Source of the DNA: Octopus sinensis
Lineage: Eukaryota
NCBI RefSeq assembly: GCF_006345805.1
Contig: NC_042999.1
Coordinates: 78,120,001 to 78,184,000, forward strand
Reading direction: 5' to 3'
DNA length: 64,000 nucleotides
Within the stretch, counting starts at the first letter, position 1. Each line of letters opens with the position of its first letter. Below the pieces are notes generated by a model. That model had not been told where the DNA came from and ran no database searches. It worked only from the letters and a program-made list of their open reading frames with translations. The position numbers and the translations under genes were made by a program. Below, piece after piece: positions 40,851 through 54,536 of the stretch.

Positions 40851-42420
40851 TAAATATAGTAAATAAGATGTATCTTGGCATTTTATAGGATCAAGTAGCA
40901 AAGAAAAACCTAACCAGGATCACATCTCTTCAGCTCCTGTTACAGAAAGATATGAACTCAAAACTAAATAAATTAATCACTCATCAAGTATACAATATTT
41001 TAGTTAGAAAGCTGATATCATAACTTTGCCAACTTTAGCTCTCATTTCTATGTATGTAGTCTGATTATAAATAATATTAAATTGAATAATCACAATGAAA
41101 ACCAATGAACAAACTTTAAAAAACCATCAAAGCATGACCAATGACATTGCCATTATATCTTTAACCAGTTTTCTTTTTTGAAAGGATTTATAATTAGATT
41201 ACAAAACTTCTAAATTTAATAGATTATTGAAACTTTATCTAAATGTTTATATGTGCTAATACTGGTTTAGACAAAATCAATTTCATAAATACAGACACTG
41301 ATTGGAATTTTATTTCTACATAAAAGATAAACTGGGGGAGAAAAAGACCCCAATTTCAAAAAGACAAGATAGTCACAGATGGAATGCCTTTAATCATAAT
41401 TCTACTCAAACAGGCCTGACTTTCTAGATTAAACAACCTCTTTTCACTAGTATAAACCTTGTTAATCAGACAGAGCCAACACCCAATTATTTGTATAATG
41501 TGATTTATGTTCACCACCACTGTTCTTTATCTTTCTCAACCAACTTAAGATTACATTTTATGAACTTCTTAAACACAAAATTCTAGTCAAAAAACCTCAA
41601 AATATTTAAATTCAAGAAATTAAGACACTTATTCCAGTGCAATGTTTTTGACACAGGTTAAAATCTTAATGAATGTTAGACAACACTTAGTTTGCCAGGA
41701 ATTTACTACTACAATTCAATGTCACACTAACCAGAAGTATTAATTCTAAAACCATTACTAGAACTACAATAGTTCAAAGCAACTAAAAGAATGGATAACA
41801 TTGTCACTATCAACAAGCAAATATTTAAAAGTGGATAGGGGAGTATTAAACAACAGATGATAGGATTGAAAAGAACCAAAATACATTTCAAATATAGCAG
41901 GATGGAGGAATGTAAAATTGTTGACTTGGCTTAAAATGAGTTGCTTTTAATGTAAGAGTGAACTGCTTTTTAAATAGCTTAAGTAAAATGAAGATGAAAT
42001 TTGTGCACTAATACAGAATTAAATTGTTAGAAGTGTACCATAAGCATTTACAGCAGCTTACTGCTAGAATAGCTAAAGATTAAACATCATGAACTACATA
42101 AATGGTTCACTTTGTTACTGACGTAAAGTTAGTGAAAGCATGATGGCTAGAATTTGAAGAGAAAGTAAATTGAGAAATATGATCTGCACTAGCAACAAAG
42201 AATTTCTTCTCAGGGTATTAAAAGTCATTTGACCAATAGAAGCAAAGAGATCCATAAAAAATTTTCTCAGCTGTTTAAAAATTAGTTACATGGCAGCATA
42301 TTTTAAAAGAAAGAAAGAAATCAAGACACATTCATTTAAAATTTCCTTTCACTACTGTCTCAGAAGACAGCTAAAGCAGAGCTGCACAACTATGAACTTA
42401 AAAGGAATCACCAATCAAAA

Positions 42421-42575
42421 AGACAGGTTGTGTGGTAAGAAGTTTGTTTCCTAACCACATGGTCCTGGATTTAGTCCCACTGTGTAGTATCTTGGGCAAA
42501 GGTCTTCTGTAGTCTTCAGCCAACCAAAGCCTTGTGAGTGAATTTGGTAGACGAAAACTGAAAGATGCCCATCAT
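42421..42575 (+). repeat. tRNA-derived SINE
   Basis: GGTTGTGTGGTAAGAAGTTTGTTTCCTAACCACATGG...GTCCCACTG...GCCTTGTGAGTGAATTTGGTAGACG. Confidence 0.85.
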
Positions 42576-42594
42576 GTATATATATATATATATA

Positions 42595-42890
42595 TCATCA
42601 TCATCGTTTAACGTCCGCTTTCCATGCTAGCATGGGTTGGCCGGTTCAACTGGGGTCTGGGAAGCCAGAAGGCTGCACCAGGCCCAGTCTGATCTGGCAG
42701 TGTTTCTACAGCTGGATGCCCTTCCTAATGCCAACCACTCCGTGAGTGTAGTCAGTGCTTTTTACGCGCCACCGGCACAGGTGCCAGGTGAGGCTGGCAA
42801 ATGGCCACGGTCGGATGGTGCTTTTTACTTGCCACCGGCACAGAAGCCAGTCAGGGCGGCACTGGCATCACAGCTACAAATTCCACTGAT
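42595..42890 (-). repeat. RTE 3' tail copy, relatively young
   Basis: (CAT)nCGTTTAACGTCCGCTTTCCATGCTAGCATGGGTTGG..., with many CpGs retained. Confidence 0.85.
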
Positions 42891-42916
42891 GTTGATATAT
42901 ATATATATATATATAT

Positions 42917-45775
42917 CTGTGGTGACTCTGGCACTCAGGCTTAGCCTGAGTATAACTTTAGTAAAGTGAATGTGTATTTGCAAGCTGATTCCATTTCTGC
43001 CAACACTGACCTCAAACATGCAATTGCAGCCACTAATTCAGGCTCCTTTTATTGAGCCTGGTCACAGTTCATTTATTTTCATTCGGCGTCTGGCAGTTGT
43101 CTTAGAGGTGTCCTGTGTCAAAAAATATCATTCATAGCAGACATTCTCTCAACATCATTCACATGCACCTGACTCAGGCTCAGAAGTTACAGCCCTAGTT
43201 GTTATCTATAATTATAAAAATTAAAAGTAATTCAAATTCAATGTTTTCTTGAAACAATAAATTTCTATAGAGATTAGGATTTAAATTCCAATCTATGAAA
43301 AGTTTCTGTTCTACAACATTCTTAAAGAAACAAAAAAATTATCCAAGAACTCAGGCTAATACAAACAAGCCTGGTAGGTGTAAAGGACTAACCGACATTT
43401 CTTATCAAGAGTACAGGCGAGAGTCAGATTGCTGGTGTTTGTTGTGCAATCTGCTTTTATTATTTGACTGTGGTTATTCTGTGCATCTGTGTGTAATGAT
43501 CAGTTGTTGTGGATGGTTGCCTTATTTTTACCCTAGAAGCTATTTGGAGCTAGAAATATTGCAGAAAAGCATGAAATTCTTCAAGCAGGTAGGCTGACTC
43601 CTCCATTGAAAACTAAAGCTGGAACTCGAACATTCCAGATAAAATGATATGAAGTGATTTATTAGCTTTGTGCAAGTAGCATCACAGAGAAACTCTACTG
43701 CTGGCCACGTTTGTTGTTTCAACCAAAACCTAATCAGTCATGGACAGTTGGAGGCTATAATAATTATAAAAACATCCAGAGTGACCATAAGCATCACAGT
43801 AAATCAGTGAGCCATTTAAGTAGTTATAAAAGCTTGAAAACTTTCGAACTGTATGACATTGTGACAGCTACTAGTGAGTCTGCTAAACTGGAAAAAGAAT
43901 GGCATAACAAAACAACTGAAGAAAATAGACAATACTTAAAGCAGTTAACAAATGCAGTGCTATACCTGCGTAAACAAGAGTTACCTTTACGTGGACATGA
44001 TGAAGGAAGTCACAGCCTTAATAGAGGAAATTACCATTAACTGCTGCAGTGCTTTGCTGAAATCAACAGCATGTTTGCTTCTAGACTTTCTACTAAAGAG
44101 TGGTTGAAACAGTTTTCAGGAGTCTCAAGTCCAATACAAAATGACCTAATACAAGCGATTGGAAATGTCGTCTGATGAAATTAGAAGTGAAGTTGATAAA
44201 GTTCTGTTTATGTCTGTACAAGCCGACAAAACTACAGACTGTGCAATGCATGCCCAACTGTCGACCATAAGATATATGAAGACAAAAGATGTGAACGGTT
44301 TCTTGGATTCTGTGAAGTCAGTGATGATAAAAGTGCTACAAGACTGGCTGATGTGATTGCAACTGTGTTGAACTCCTTCAGTGACACTACAGATAAATTA
44401 GTGAGCCAGACTTATGACAGAGCAGCTGTAAAGGCAGGAATGCTAAACGGAGTACAGAGCAAGCTAAGGGATAAAGGATTCACAGCTATGCATATAAACT
44501 TGACTTAGTCTTGAGTAAAAGTGCTGAGAATGTAAGTGAAGTAGAAATGTTTTTCTCTCATTTACATGTATTTCATAAATTTACATCTTCCAGTACCAAA
44601 TGGAAAAAGTTTACAGGCAGTTAAATGTCAGTATTCCATCACTGTGCAAAACAAGATGGTGCTATAGATCAAGAACTGTGTGATCCATAAAACCATTGCA
44701 TGAAAACTTGAAAAATGCCTTCACAAGTATTCTCGGCTTTAGGGATGATGATACACTTTGTCAAACAGACTCTCTATTGGCAAAGAATTATTTCACATTC
44801 ATGTTTTTCATCAATTGCTTTCATAACAAAATTTCTCTGGCTGGAAAAGTCTTTGAGATCCTACAGCATAAAACATGGTCAGAGTAAACTAAATAACTTC
44901 ATTCGTTGTGTTGAAGGTTATTGTAAGGAGGAAAATTATAAAAACATTCTGAGCAATACAGCTGGTGTCATTGAACAGGCAGATGAATCAGATCCTCCTC
45001 TTAGAACTGTCCTCAGAAGTGCACAATTTAATTATAAAACTACCTATTTTGAAATAATTGATAACATTCTAATGTCCTTACAAGAGAGATTTTCAGGCAT
45101 TCAGGAGAATGCATTTTTTAAATTACTAGACATTAATAAGTGTGAAGAGTTTGCTAAATTGTTTCCCATGCAACATATGGACTCTCTAGAAAAGAAATAT
45201 TCCTGTATTTTTTACTGTAAGAGCTAAGTGAACAAGCTAAAATATATGTATATTGATGGTGATTTCAAAAAGTGTAAGTCAATCAACTACATTTTAGAAT
45301 TACTATATAAATTGGAGTTGACTTCCACTATGCCAAAATCCATTAAACTAATTTAGCTAGTGCTGACCATCCCCTTAACATCAGTCACTAATGAGAGAAG
45401 TTTTTCAATGTTGGATAGAATCAGCTCGTATCTGAGAAGCACAATGGCCCAAGAATAGCTGTCTTCACTGGCTCATATTTCCATTGAGAAAAGCATTTTG
45501 AACGACCTGGACAACAAGGAGCTACATGACAGGGTATTACACGAGTTTGCTATGAAACCAAGATGACTGGAGTTCATGTATAAATGAAGTAATTTTTATA
45601 TTAAAACTATATTTCTGTGACATTCTTTTATTAGAAGCAGCAAACTTGCTTACTGGTGAATTACCAGTGCACATATGTCAGTGGTGTGCACTACATCTCT
45701 TACCTTCTTTTATTTATGTCTTATGCAAAATCTGTGATGAGCCCAAGTGACGCTCATGGCCTGGAGTTGCCTCTG
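42917..45775 (+). mobile_element. hAT transposon relic (ZMYM1/DUF4371-type transposase with hAT dimerisation domain)
   Basis: Frameshifted motifs: CWP(R)LLFQ, VLYLRKQELPLRGHDE...NRGNY, IQNDLIQAI, QADKTTD, IPLTSVTNERSFSML..I.SYLRSTM...LSSLAHISIEK. The ends are tentative (degenerate TIRs CTGTGGTGACTCTGG / revcomp CAGAGGCAACTCCAG). Confidence 0.85.
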
Positions 45776-46787
45776 AGATGGATATATATATGTATGTATG
45801 TGTGTGTGAAAGTCTTTGTATCTATCACCAGGCATTATGACACAGCTTCAAGATTTTGATGATGTGGTTGTTTATTTTTAGAATGACATTATGGGATAGG
45901 TGAGAGAAGTCAGATCTGACTGGTTTAATCATAAAACAAAGTAGAATATTTGGGCCGGATATGGTTGGTTCAAATACTAAAATTGCCAAAATAAGTTAGT
46001 AACATACTGCATTGATGAACACTGGAAGCTCTAGTCAATACCTCTAACTCCATAATTAAGCTTCTTGACCTTTTCACAACCAAGCTCCTGAACACTTTGT
46101 AACCTCTACATTAGGTTCCTGAACCAATTTTTAAAATACATTTTCAAACATAACCACTTTCAGAGTCACACAGTAGAATTGTTTTGATTATTTGAGTAAT
46201 ATTTATTGAAATATTATTTGAATATAAGTTTGTTAGATATCCTCATCAAATATTTATTCACAGAAATGCTTGAATTTTCCTATAGATGAACATTAGACGT
46301 GCTTTGTGGAAATTATTGCACTTTTCTAACTGTGATAAACTGCTCCTTGGGTATAGTGTTTTCAAACCCTGGGATTTCACAAATTTGCAAGTCTTTGAAT
46401 CACCAATAATATTCATACCTATCATTTTTATACAGGAGTTCTATTGTTGCTCTATGTTCAAAGAATGCTTTCAGTTCTTCCAATGAAATAATTTTTCCAC
46501 AAAAATTCTTTGCAATATACTTCCAGTCTGGTATGCATTCTCAACCAAAATCAAATTCCATAACTCATCTCTGAATAAAGAGAAGCCAGCTTGAGTACTT
46601 TCTGCATTTCTTACTTGGGTCTGGTGGTAGGTAGAAAACAGACATTCAACAAGTGTATTAGCTACCTAGTCCATCCCAGAGAGAGTGAGGAAGTTTGTCT
46701 GGTCCTTTATGTAGCACCATGACTATCATACTTCCTATCTGGTGCACTTACTGGGGTGTCTTGTATCTTTGCAACACCTTGGGCAAG

Positions 46788-46791
<4 letters not shown>

Positions 46792-46836
<45 letters not shown>

Positions 46837-46860
46837 AGAGAGAGAGAGAGAGAGAGAGAG
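46792..46860. repeat. Compound (TA)n(GA)n microsatellite
   Basis: Directly visible. Confidence 0.95.
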
Positions 46861-46868
46861 CTAAGATT

Positions 46869-47012
46869 ATTTGCCAACATAACATGGCAGTCCTGGCTTA
46901 TATTTTTTATAAGGACACAGATGGTGTCATATAACCAGCTGGAGACGATGTCTCCTGGGGCTAAATTACAACATTCAACCTAAACCAAAACTGCCAAGTT
47001 ATGTTGGCAAAT
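46869..47012. mobile_element. Small TIR element (MITE-like, 144 bp)
   Basis: ATTTGCCAACATAACATGGCAGT (46869-91) and ACTGCCAAGTTATGTTGGCAAAT (46990-47012) are inverted repeats, 22/23 identical. Confidence 0.7.
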
Positions 47013-47084
47013 CTTTACTCTAGAGTACTGTTGCTGAATATCTCTCTTTGAGAGATTTACAAATAGTAATTCTATATATATGGT

Positions 47085-49058
47085 GTAGCAGCACCATAGT
47101 CAACTGCTACAAAGGTAAAGGTGACAATTTAGATACAAATAATTACAGAGGTATCAAGTTGTTGGATCAGGTAATGAAGGTCACGGAAAGGGTCATAGTT
47201 CAACTTATTAGGGAGAGAGACAGTTTAGATGAAATGCAGTATGGGTTCATGCTCTATTTCTGGTAAGACACCGGCAAGAGAAATACCTAGCCAAAGATAA
47301 ACCACTGTACCTGTCTTTTGTTTACATGGAGAAAGCCTTTGACAGGGTCCCCCAGTCCCTTATCTGGTGGTCAATGAGGAAACTAGGAATAGAAGAATGG
47401 TTAGTGAGAGCTATTCAAGCCATATACAGGGATACTATCAATAAGGTGAGGGTTGGCAACAAGTACAGTGAAGAATACCAGGTAGAGGTAGGGGTCCACC
47501 AAGGTTCAGTCCTCCAGGCAATAACGGAGGAATTCAAGACAGGATGCCCCTGGGAATCCTCTATGCTGATGACCTTGCTCTAATTGCTGAGTCACTATCA
47601 GAACTAGAGAAGTTTCAGGTGTGGAAGCAAGGAGTAGAATCAAAGGGTCTTAGAGTCAACCTAGCAAAAACCAAAGTCCTAATAAGTAGGAAGGCAGACA
47701 AACCACAAATCCCTTCAGGCTCAGTCTGTAGAAAAGGCGTAGGTAGAAACTCTATAAGATGTACCCAGTGTAAGCTATGGACACATAAGAGGTGCAGCAA
47801 TTTCAAAGGAAGGCTAACTGGGAAGATAGTTTTTGTATGTGGCAGATGCTCAGGAGCAATAAACACTGAAAATGTGCAGAGAACAACTTCTGCTACATTC
47901 CGAGGAGAAAAACTAGAAGTAGTTGGTAGATTCGGTTACCTAGGTGACCAAGTCAGTAGTGGGGGTGGATACCCTGAAAGTTTAGCAGCTAGAATAAAAA
48001 TAGCCTGGACAAAGTTCAGAGTGCTCCTACCTCTGCTTGTGACAAAGGGCCTCTCTCGCTCAGAGTAAAAGGCAGACTGTATGACGCGTGTGTACAAACA
48101 CCCATGCTACATAGCAGTGAAACATGGTCTGTGACAGCTGAAGACATGCGTAAGCTTGCAAGGAATGTAGCCAGTATGCTCCGCTGGATGTGTAATGCCA
48201 GTGTGCATACTCAACAGAGTGTAAGTACCTTGAGAGAAAAGTTGGACCTAAGAAGCATCAGATGTGGTGTGCAAGAGAGATGACTGTGCTGGTATGGTAA
48301 TCTGGTGAGAATGGATGAGGATAGCTGGGTGAAGTGTCACACCCTAGCAGTTGAGGGAACCTGTGGAAGAAGTAGACCCAGGAATACCTGGGATGAAGTG
48401 GCGAAGCACAACCTTCGAACATTAAGCCTCACCGAGGCAATGACTAGTGACCGAGGCCATTGGAAATATGCTGTGCATGCAAAGACCCAGCAAGCCAAGT
48501 GAGATCATAAGCCATGGCCTATGTAAGTGGTGTAACCAGCCCACTTATGCATATCATTCCTTCATTGAACACTAAACTTTACTTGCAAAGACCTGTTGAG
48601 GCAAGTGAAATCGAAATCAAATTTGAAGAAAGCACCGCATGACTGGCATCCATGCCAGTGGAGCGCTAAGAGCACCATCCGAGCGTGATTGTTGCTAGGG
48701 CCACTGACTGGCTCCCATACCGGTACCACATAAAAAGCACCATTCGAGCGTGATCGTTACCAGCATCACCTTACTGGCACATGAAAAACAACATCCAAGT
48801 GAGGTCATTGCTAGTGCCTCTGGACTGGCTCCTGTGCAGGTGGCATGTAAAAAACACCATTTGAGCGTGGCCGTTGCCAGTACCGCCTGACTGGCCCTCA
48901 TGCCAGTGGCACATAAAAGCACACGCTACACTCTTGGAGTGGTTGGCGTTAGGAAGGACATCCAGCTGTAGAAACTCTACAAGATCAGATTGTAGCCTGG
49001 TGCAGTCATCTGGATTGCCAGTCCTCAGTCAAACCGTCCAACGATGATGATGATGATG
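47085..49058 (+). mobile_element. 5'-truncated RTE-clade LINE: RT domain, C-terminus, 3'UTR and (GAT)n tail; frameshifted
   Basis: NYRGIKLL, QYGFM, MEKAFDRVP, GVHQGSVL, LYADDLAL, GLRVNLAKTK, FGYLGD, MLHSSETW, ...GRSRPRNTW. Tail GATGATGATGATGATG at 49043-49058. Confidence 0.95.
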
Positions 49059-52000
49059 AAATGTGTGTGTGTATATATATATATATACACACACACACAC
49101 ATATACAGTATACAGTCATGTACGTGAGTATGCTTGTGTGTTCCTTTGTCTACACGTGATGATTGTAAATGAGCATCAATATCATACAAACAAGGTTATC
49201 AGTTTCAAGCCTTTCATGAAAAAGATGTCTAGCTATGAGAAAATATTACCTTGTTTGGGAATAAGTGAGTGTTGGTGACAATAAGACATCAGGCCACAAA
49301 AAAATCTACCTCAACATATTCTGACTGACTGCACTGCTGTGCCCATTCAGTCATCACTTGGTTCAGAATTATTTTCACTAGTTTTACTATAATTATTGCC
49401 ATGTTCATTCCCTTCACCAAAAACTTGTACTATGATCTAATCAGCTGATATATGCCTCTCGACTACTGGTGATTTAAATCTATAAAAATTAGAAAAATTC
49501 AGGTAAACATACACTTGTAATAAGAGCTGTAGGTGATATGAAACAAAGCTAGCAGGTTGCTAGGCAATTTGCTTATGAACTAGGACATTAGTAGTCGAGA
49601 TTAGCCACTTGTATCTTGGGTACAATAATATTGCAGCTGATAATTCAGTTTTTTCATGTTCAAAGGGTAACTAATTGCAGAAAATCAGCAATAATCTATA
49701 AATTGAAGTAAATCAAATTTGAAGAACCACAAACACCAAATGATATCAGAACTTTTCCACATTAAAGCATATGTTTTTCTTAATTCCACATAAATAATTT
49801 TAAGTTGAAAAAAAGCCTCTTTAACTTGTTATTTTGCTCTATAGTACAGTTAAAATTGAAGACTAATTAACCCAAGTTTCATTTTATAATTTCATAAACA
49901 AGTAGCAAATGGTAACACATTCATACACACACACACACATAAATCCTTTAAAATATAAATACATACTTAGTCATTTGGTCCCTTATTAAAATTGTACAAC
50001 TATAGCATGTAAGTTTATTGCAGAACTAAAATATAATTAAAATTTTAAAAAATGAAATAGAAACAATCCCTTTTTTGTCATTTCAGTTATACTTTCTACT
50101 ATACACAACAGTAGCATCAAATGCATTTCAGGCACAAGAAGTTTGGTACACTTCATGAGGACAGAAATGCAGGCCTGAACTCGCCACCTCACTTTTTTCT
50201 TTCCTTGCATAACATTAATTACCACATTGATGGCAAGACCCCCTACCACCATTCCCTTGTAGTGTATCCAGAAGATTATTTTGACATACAAGTGTGACGC
50301 TAGTTACTACAGTCAAGATGACACTTGTGTAGAAATCTTTCAACAGCATCATAGAAGGTAAAACAAGTTAAGACACATGTTCTTGGCTTGACATTTAGAA
50401 GGATACACATTCTGGTAAGATTCTGTGGTGCTACCTTAGGATGCAGTCTACCTCACTTATAGTAAAATGTTTCATTATAGTAGAACGAAAGTGAGAGTAA
50501 AATTAAACAAGTACTTTTCAGAATTTCATCATTTCCATTTTTTTAATTTATTTTCATTTCAAATCTATTTCTCTGAGGTAGACTAAAAGCTAAAGTAGCA
50601 CTACGAATAGAATCTACATTTGGACATTTGCAACTCCCAACCAGGTGAAATAGTGAAATGGACAAGGATTTGAATCATTCAGTACATAGATCTCAAGTTA
50701 AAATCATATAGTAATCATTTCATTGCATTTTGGAGTACTGTTAATTCCATCTCAGTTTCCCTCAGTTAAAATAAATACCAGCTCTAGGAATGTTGCCAGC
50801 AAACTTGCATCTCAGACAATCATCACCCTTTAAATACAATGAAAGCATGGTTAGGCACTAATTCTGATAACTGTTAAGAAAAGTTATAGTTTCATATGAT
50901 TAGACATAAAGACCCCAGAAATAAAAAATATTCCTTATGCCATTAGTAGTGAAACTATTTTGCAGTTTAGTTCTCTGGGCTATTACCTTTCCTCTAAGAC
51001 AGAAAAAATATCAATTCATCATCAGCAAATTCTATATTCAGTCCTGAGTATATGCCTTCTCTAAAACCTAGAGTTTCTAAAAGAAAATGAGAATTGCAGC
51101 ATTTTTATTTTCATAATTGCTATATATGTAAATAAAACAGCTCCAACTTGGAGTCAAAAGTGCACAACAGAGTTCATTCTCTTGGAAAGTTACTACCAGT
51201 TCGAGTTACCCAAACCGTCATGGATATGGAAAGAAGAGTATAAGCAGAACAATGCATAATAAAGGCATCGTAGCTACAAGCTAGGAAACCAATGTGGAAA
51301 AATAAACATGAAGATGTTTATCATCTTATGATATATGAGTTATATGAATCTGTATATACTAAATGCCCATTTGTTGAAATTTCAGTTATTGTTTATAAAA
51401 TTCATAAAATGTGTCATAAGATATTTTACAAAATTTTTGCCAAAAAACAATCTTTAATTTCCTCAGACTAGTTTTTCTGTATTCGCCTTTCATAGTAAGT
51501 CTTAAGCATTCGCCTGAAATTGTTACAATTTCCACGTTTCCATGTCACAATCATTCTTTTCATGCACAATATAACAGTTTTGATCAATGAAGAAAGAAAC
51601 CCTGCAAAATCTTCATAGAAATATATCATGTAATTCATTAAATGAACAAAAAGTAGCTGCAATTCAAGTGAAATTAGATGGGAATTCAAATGCTGCTTAC
51701 ATAAAGAATGAATTAGTAAGCTTGAGAAACAATGAAAGTGGATAGAAATGAATGTTAGATCAGGAACCAGTAAATACTATTTCTTCATGGCTTGTCTCAG
51801 TTCTAGAGAAGCCACTGAATGATAACACTTTACTAATATTAAGTGAAAACAGTTCAGGATGTGAAGTGTTAGAAGAAAACTGTTTGCAAACTTAAGCCGA
51901 TGTTATGTACTTCATTATAATAGGCACTGAAATTGTTCGGAATAAAAGAGTATTTGAGTCAACAATTAACTAAAACAAACCTACTTTCATTTTGTAATTG

Positions 52001-52417
52001 ATAGAGTAGATGCATTTTTGTTCTAAATAATTCAAGCAACTGGTAATTAGTAAATTTTGAATGTACAATGAAGATCTTCTGACAAACATAACTTACGAGT
52101 TCAAAGCTTAGTCATGTTCACTTAATATGCAACTTAACAGACATGAAATGCTAAACCCCATAATCAAAGTTTACATATCTTTGGTATAACCTTTGTACCT
52201 ACTATTGTCATGTACAGTCAAGCAGTGATTATTTTGAGAGGCACTTTTAGTTTTTAGATACTGTAAGGAGTAAATAACTTCCAAATTTTATACAGCATAT
52301 ATGTATGATGTATTTAAATGGTATAACAATACACTCAAACAGTGTAGTTATACACTCAAAATTCTTTCAAATTTACAGTAACAGCAAAACATATAAAGTA
52401 ACCGAATACCTCTAAGC

Positions 52418-52564
52418 CAGTTATGGGTAAACTGCAGCCCACAGGACATTTTGAAGTGCATGCCTAATGAAAAATTACCTTAAAGTTTTTTAAGTGGTAT
52501 GACCTGCCTAGTGATGAGCCATGACTCATGCAGCCTGCTTCACCAAAAAGATTGCCCATGCTTG
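52418..52564. mobile_element. hAT (Charlie-like) MITE, 147 bp
   Basis: TIRs CAGTTATGGGTAAACT / revcomp CAAGCATGGGCAATCT. 8-bp TSD CTCTAAGC (52410-17) / CTCTAATC (52565-72). Confidence 0.75.
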
Positions 52565-54536
52565 CTCTAATCTATTTAATTTATAACTGCTACATTTCAA
52601 TGCTTTTATGTTGGTTCGCCCACCCACCTCCCAATGCAGTGGGGGTTAGATGTATTACTGTTCAATAACAAAGTACCTCTTCATATGCTTCAGTCATCAA
52701 TAGGAAGGTCAATGTCCTTAGATCTGACTTAACTTCTTCATATAAGTTTTGTTTGATCTATCTCATTCACACACCATTTCTTGATACCTCCATCAACCTG
52801 CACCTAAACCAACATTGCAATCACTTCTACAATAGCAATCAAGATTTGATTCTCAGCTACTTTTCCAGCTCATTTGTGTGCCCCTAATAATATATGAAAA
52901 CCTGAATCAAAAACAGTTGTGATACAAAATAAAGTTAAAGATGATATAAAACTCAGCATTTCTTATAAGGAAACATGATCTTACAGTTAGTTTGTAAATC
53001 CAAATTAAAGAATTAATACCTACTACAAACTTTCAGAAAGAAGAAATCTAAATGCAGACAAAATTATATCAACAGGGAAATACAAGCTGTTGTTTTTAAT
53101 TGAAGCTTAAACTATAGCTCTAAAACACTGGAATAAACAGAGTTAAAAGCTCAATTAAAAGGATTCTGTAACTAATGTCTGATCAATAAGAGTAAAATGT
53201 TTCAGTAAAGAATGATTTTTGTACTCTAACAGGTTTACATTTTGAATGTAATATGAATGTGCATGGTCAATCATTGTTGGGAAGTATCGATTTAGATTAA
53301 CATAGCAAGTTTCAGGAAGGAGGGGGTACTTTTTATGCATAGTATTATGTTCATGATAACATATCCATGCTGCGATGATGTCATACAGTTATGAAAGATA
53401 GTGGCACCCAATGATAATTAGACCATCACCAAACAGTGATCATCATTTAAAGTAAATTCATTCATTATATTATAGAATCTGATTGTAACTGAATTGTCAA
53501 ATGGACATTATAAATTACAATATAACTAGAAACTATGTAGCAAGGAAAAGAATAACATATTTGAACAAATCTTGTGTTTCTGTGTCACTTAATATAAAAG
53601 TATTTAAATTTATTTACTCCTAAATGAACTATAATAGTATCACAATATTTTGAAAGCTCTCACATAATTTGATAAAAGTTGAACAAGTGCCAATGAACCA
53701 CAAAATGTTTAAATCCTTAGATATATCTTTGGTCAGAAAAATATTTACACAACTAATATTTATATGGCACAGCTTTACCATCAACACTAACCAAATGCTT
53801 CATGATTACATAGTTTGTTTTCATGTTGAAGCTTCAACAGGATTCAGTAAAATCAATGGAAATGTAATGAACAGTTGCTGAAATTCACACACAAAATAGA
53901 AAATGTCAAAGTAATATCAATTCAATAATTGTATATATAAAACTACATCAAGTATGCCACTTATTTTTTTTTTTTTTTTTAGCATTCATTCACAAACACA
54001 GGGTTTCATGTCTACAGTAGCTTCTATTGGGTTAGGAAGTAGGATATCAAAGTAAATTACTTCAATGCTTTAATAAATTCAAGTGTTCAAAATCTGAATA
54101 TACAACTTAGTGAAGTTAATGACATTATCCTAGATTATGGCTAAACATTTGAGACAACCTAAGTTGGTATTAGCAATCAACCATCAACATAGGCCAATGA
54201 GTGAACCTGCTTGTTTAGCACAGACCTTGCAAAGCAAAGTGTAATCCCAGTTTGTATCTTGGGACTTAATGAGCTAATCTGTCAAATACCAGACTGAAGT
54301 AAGCAACTTTGTATTAAAAACATTTAGAGTAACTACTAGCAAAAATCAATAGAAAGAGCCAGCAATTTCTAACTTTTCATATTATCATAATCATCATCAT
54401 TACTACAACTACTACTATTGCAAAATCAAACTGACATCAGAAAACCAGGTTTGAAGAATCTTATCCCATATTTACTGATAACAAAATCAAGTAAAACCAC
54501 TGACAACAGACTAAACTTTTTTACATAAATTACTAA

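Noticed and set aside
46615-46645. ATG-initiated phase-1 mini-exon (MSVFYLPPDP, donor CAA|GTAAGA) that would splice in frame to the B56 exon
   Set aside because: No B56 similarity. An equally valid chance candidate exists at 57894-57903 (MMS), so such matches are expected at random.
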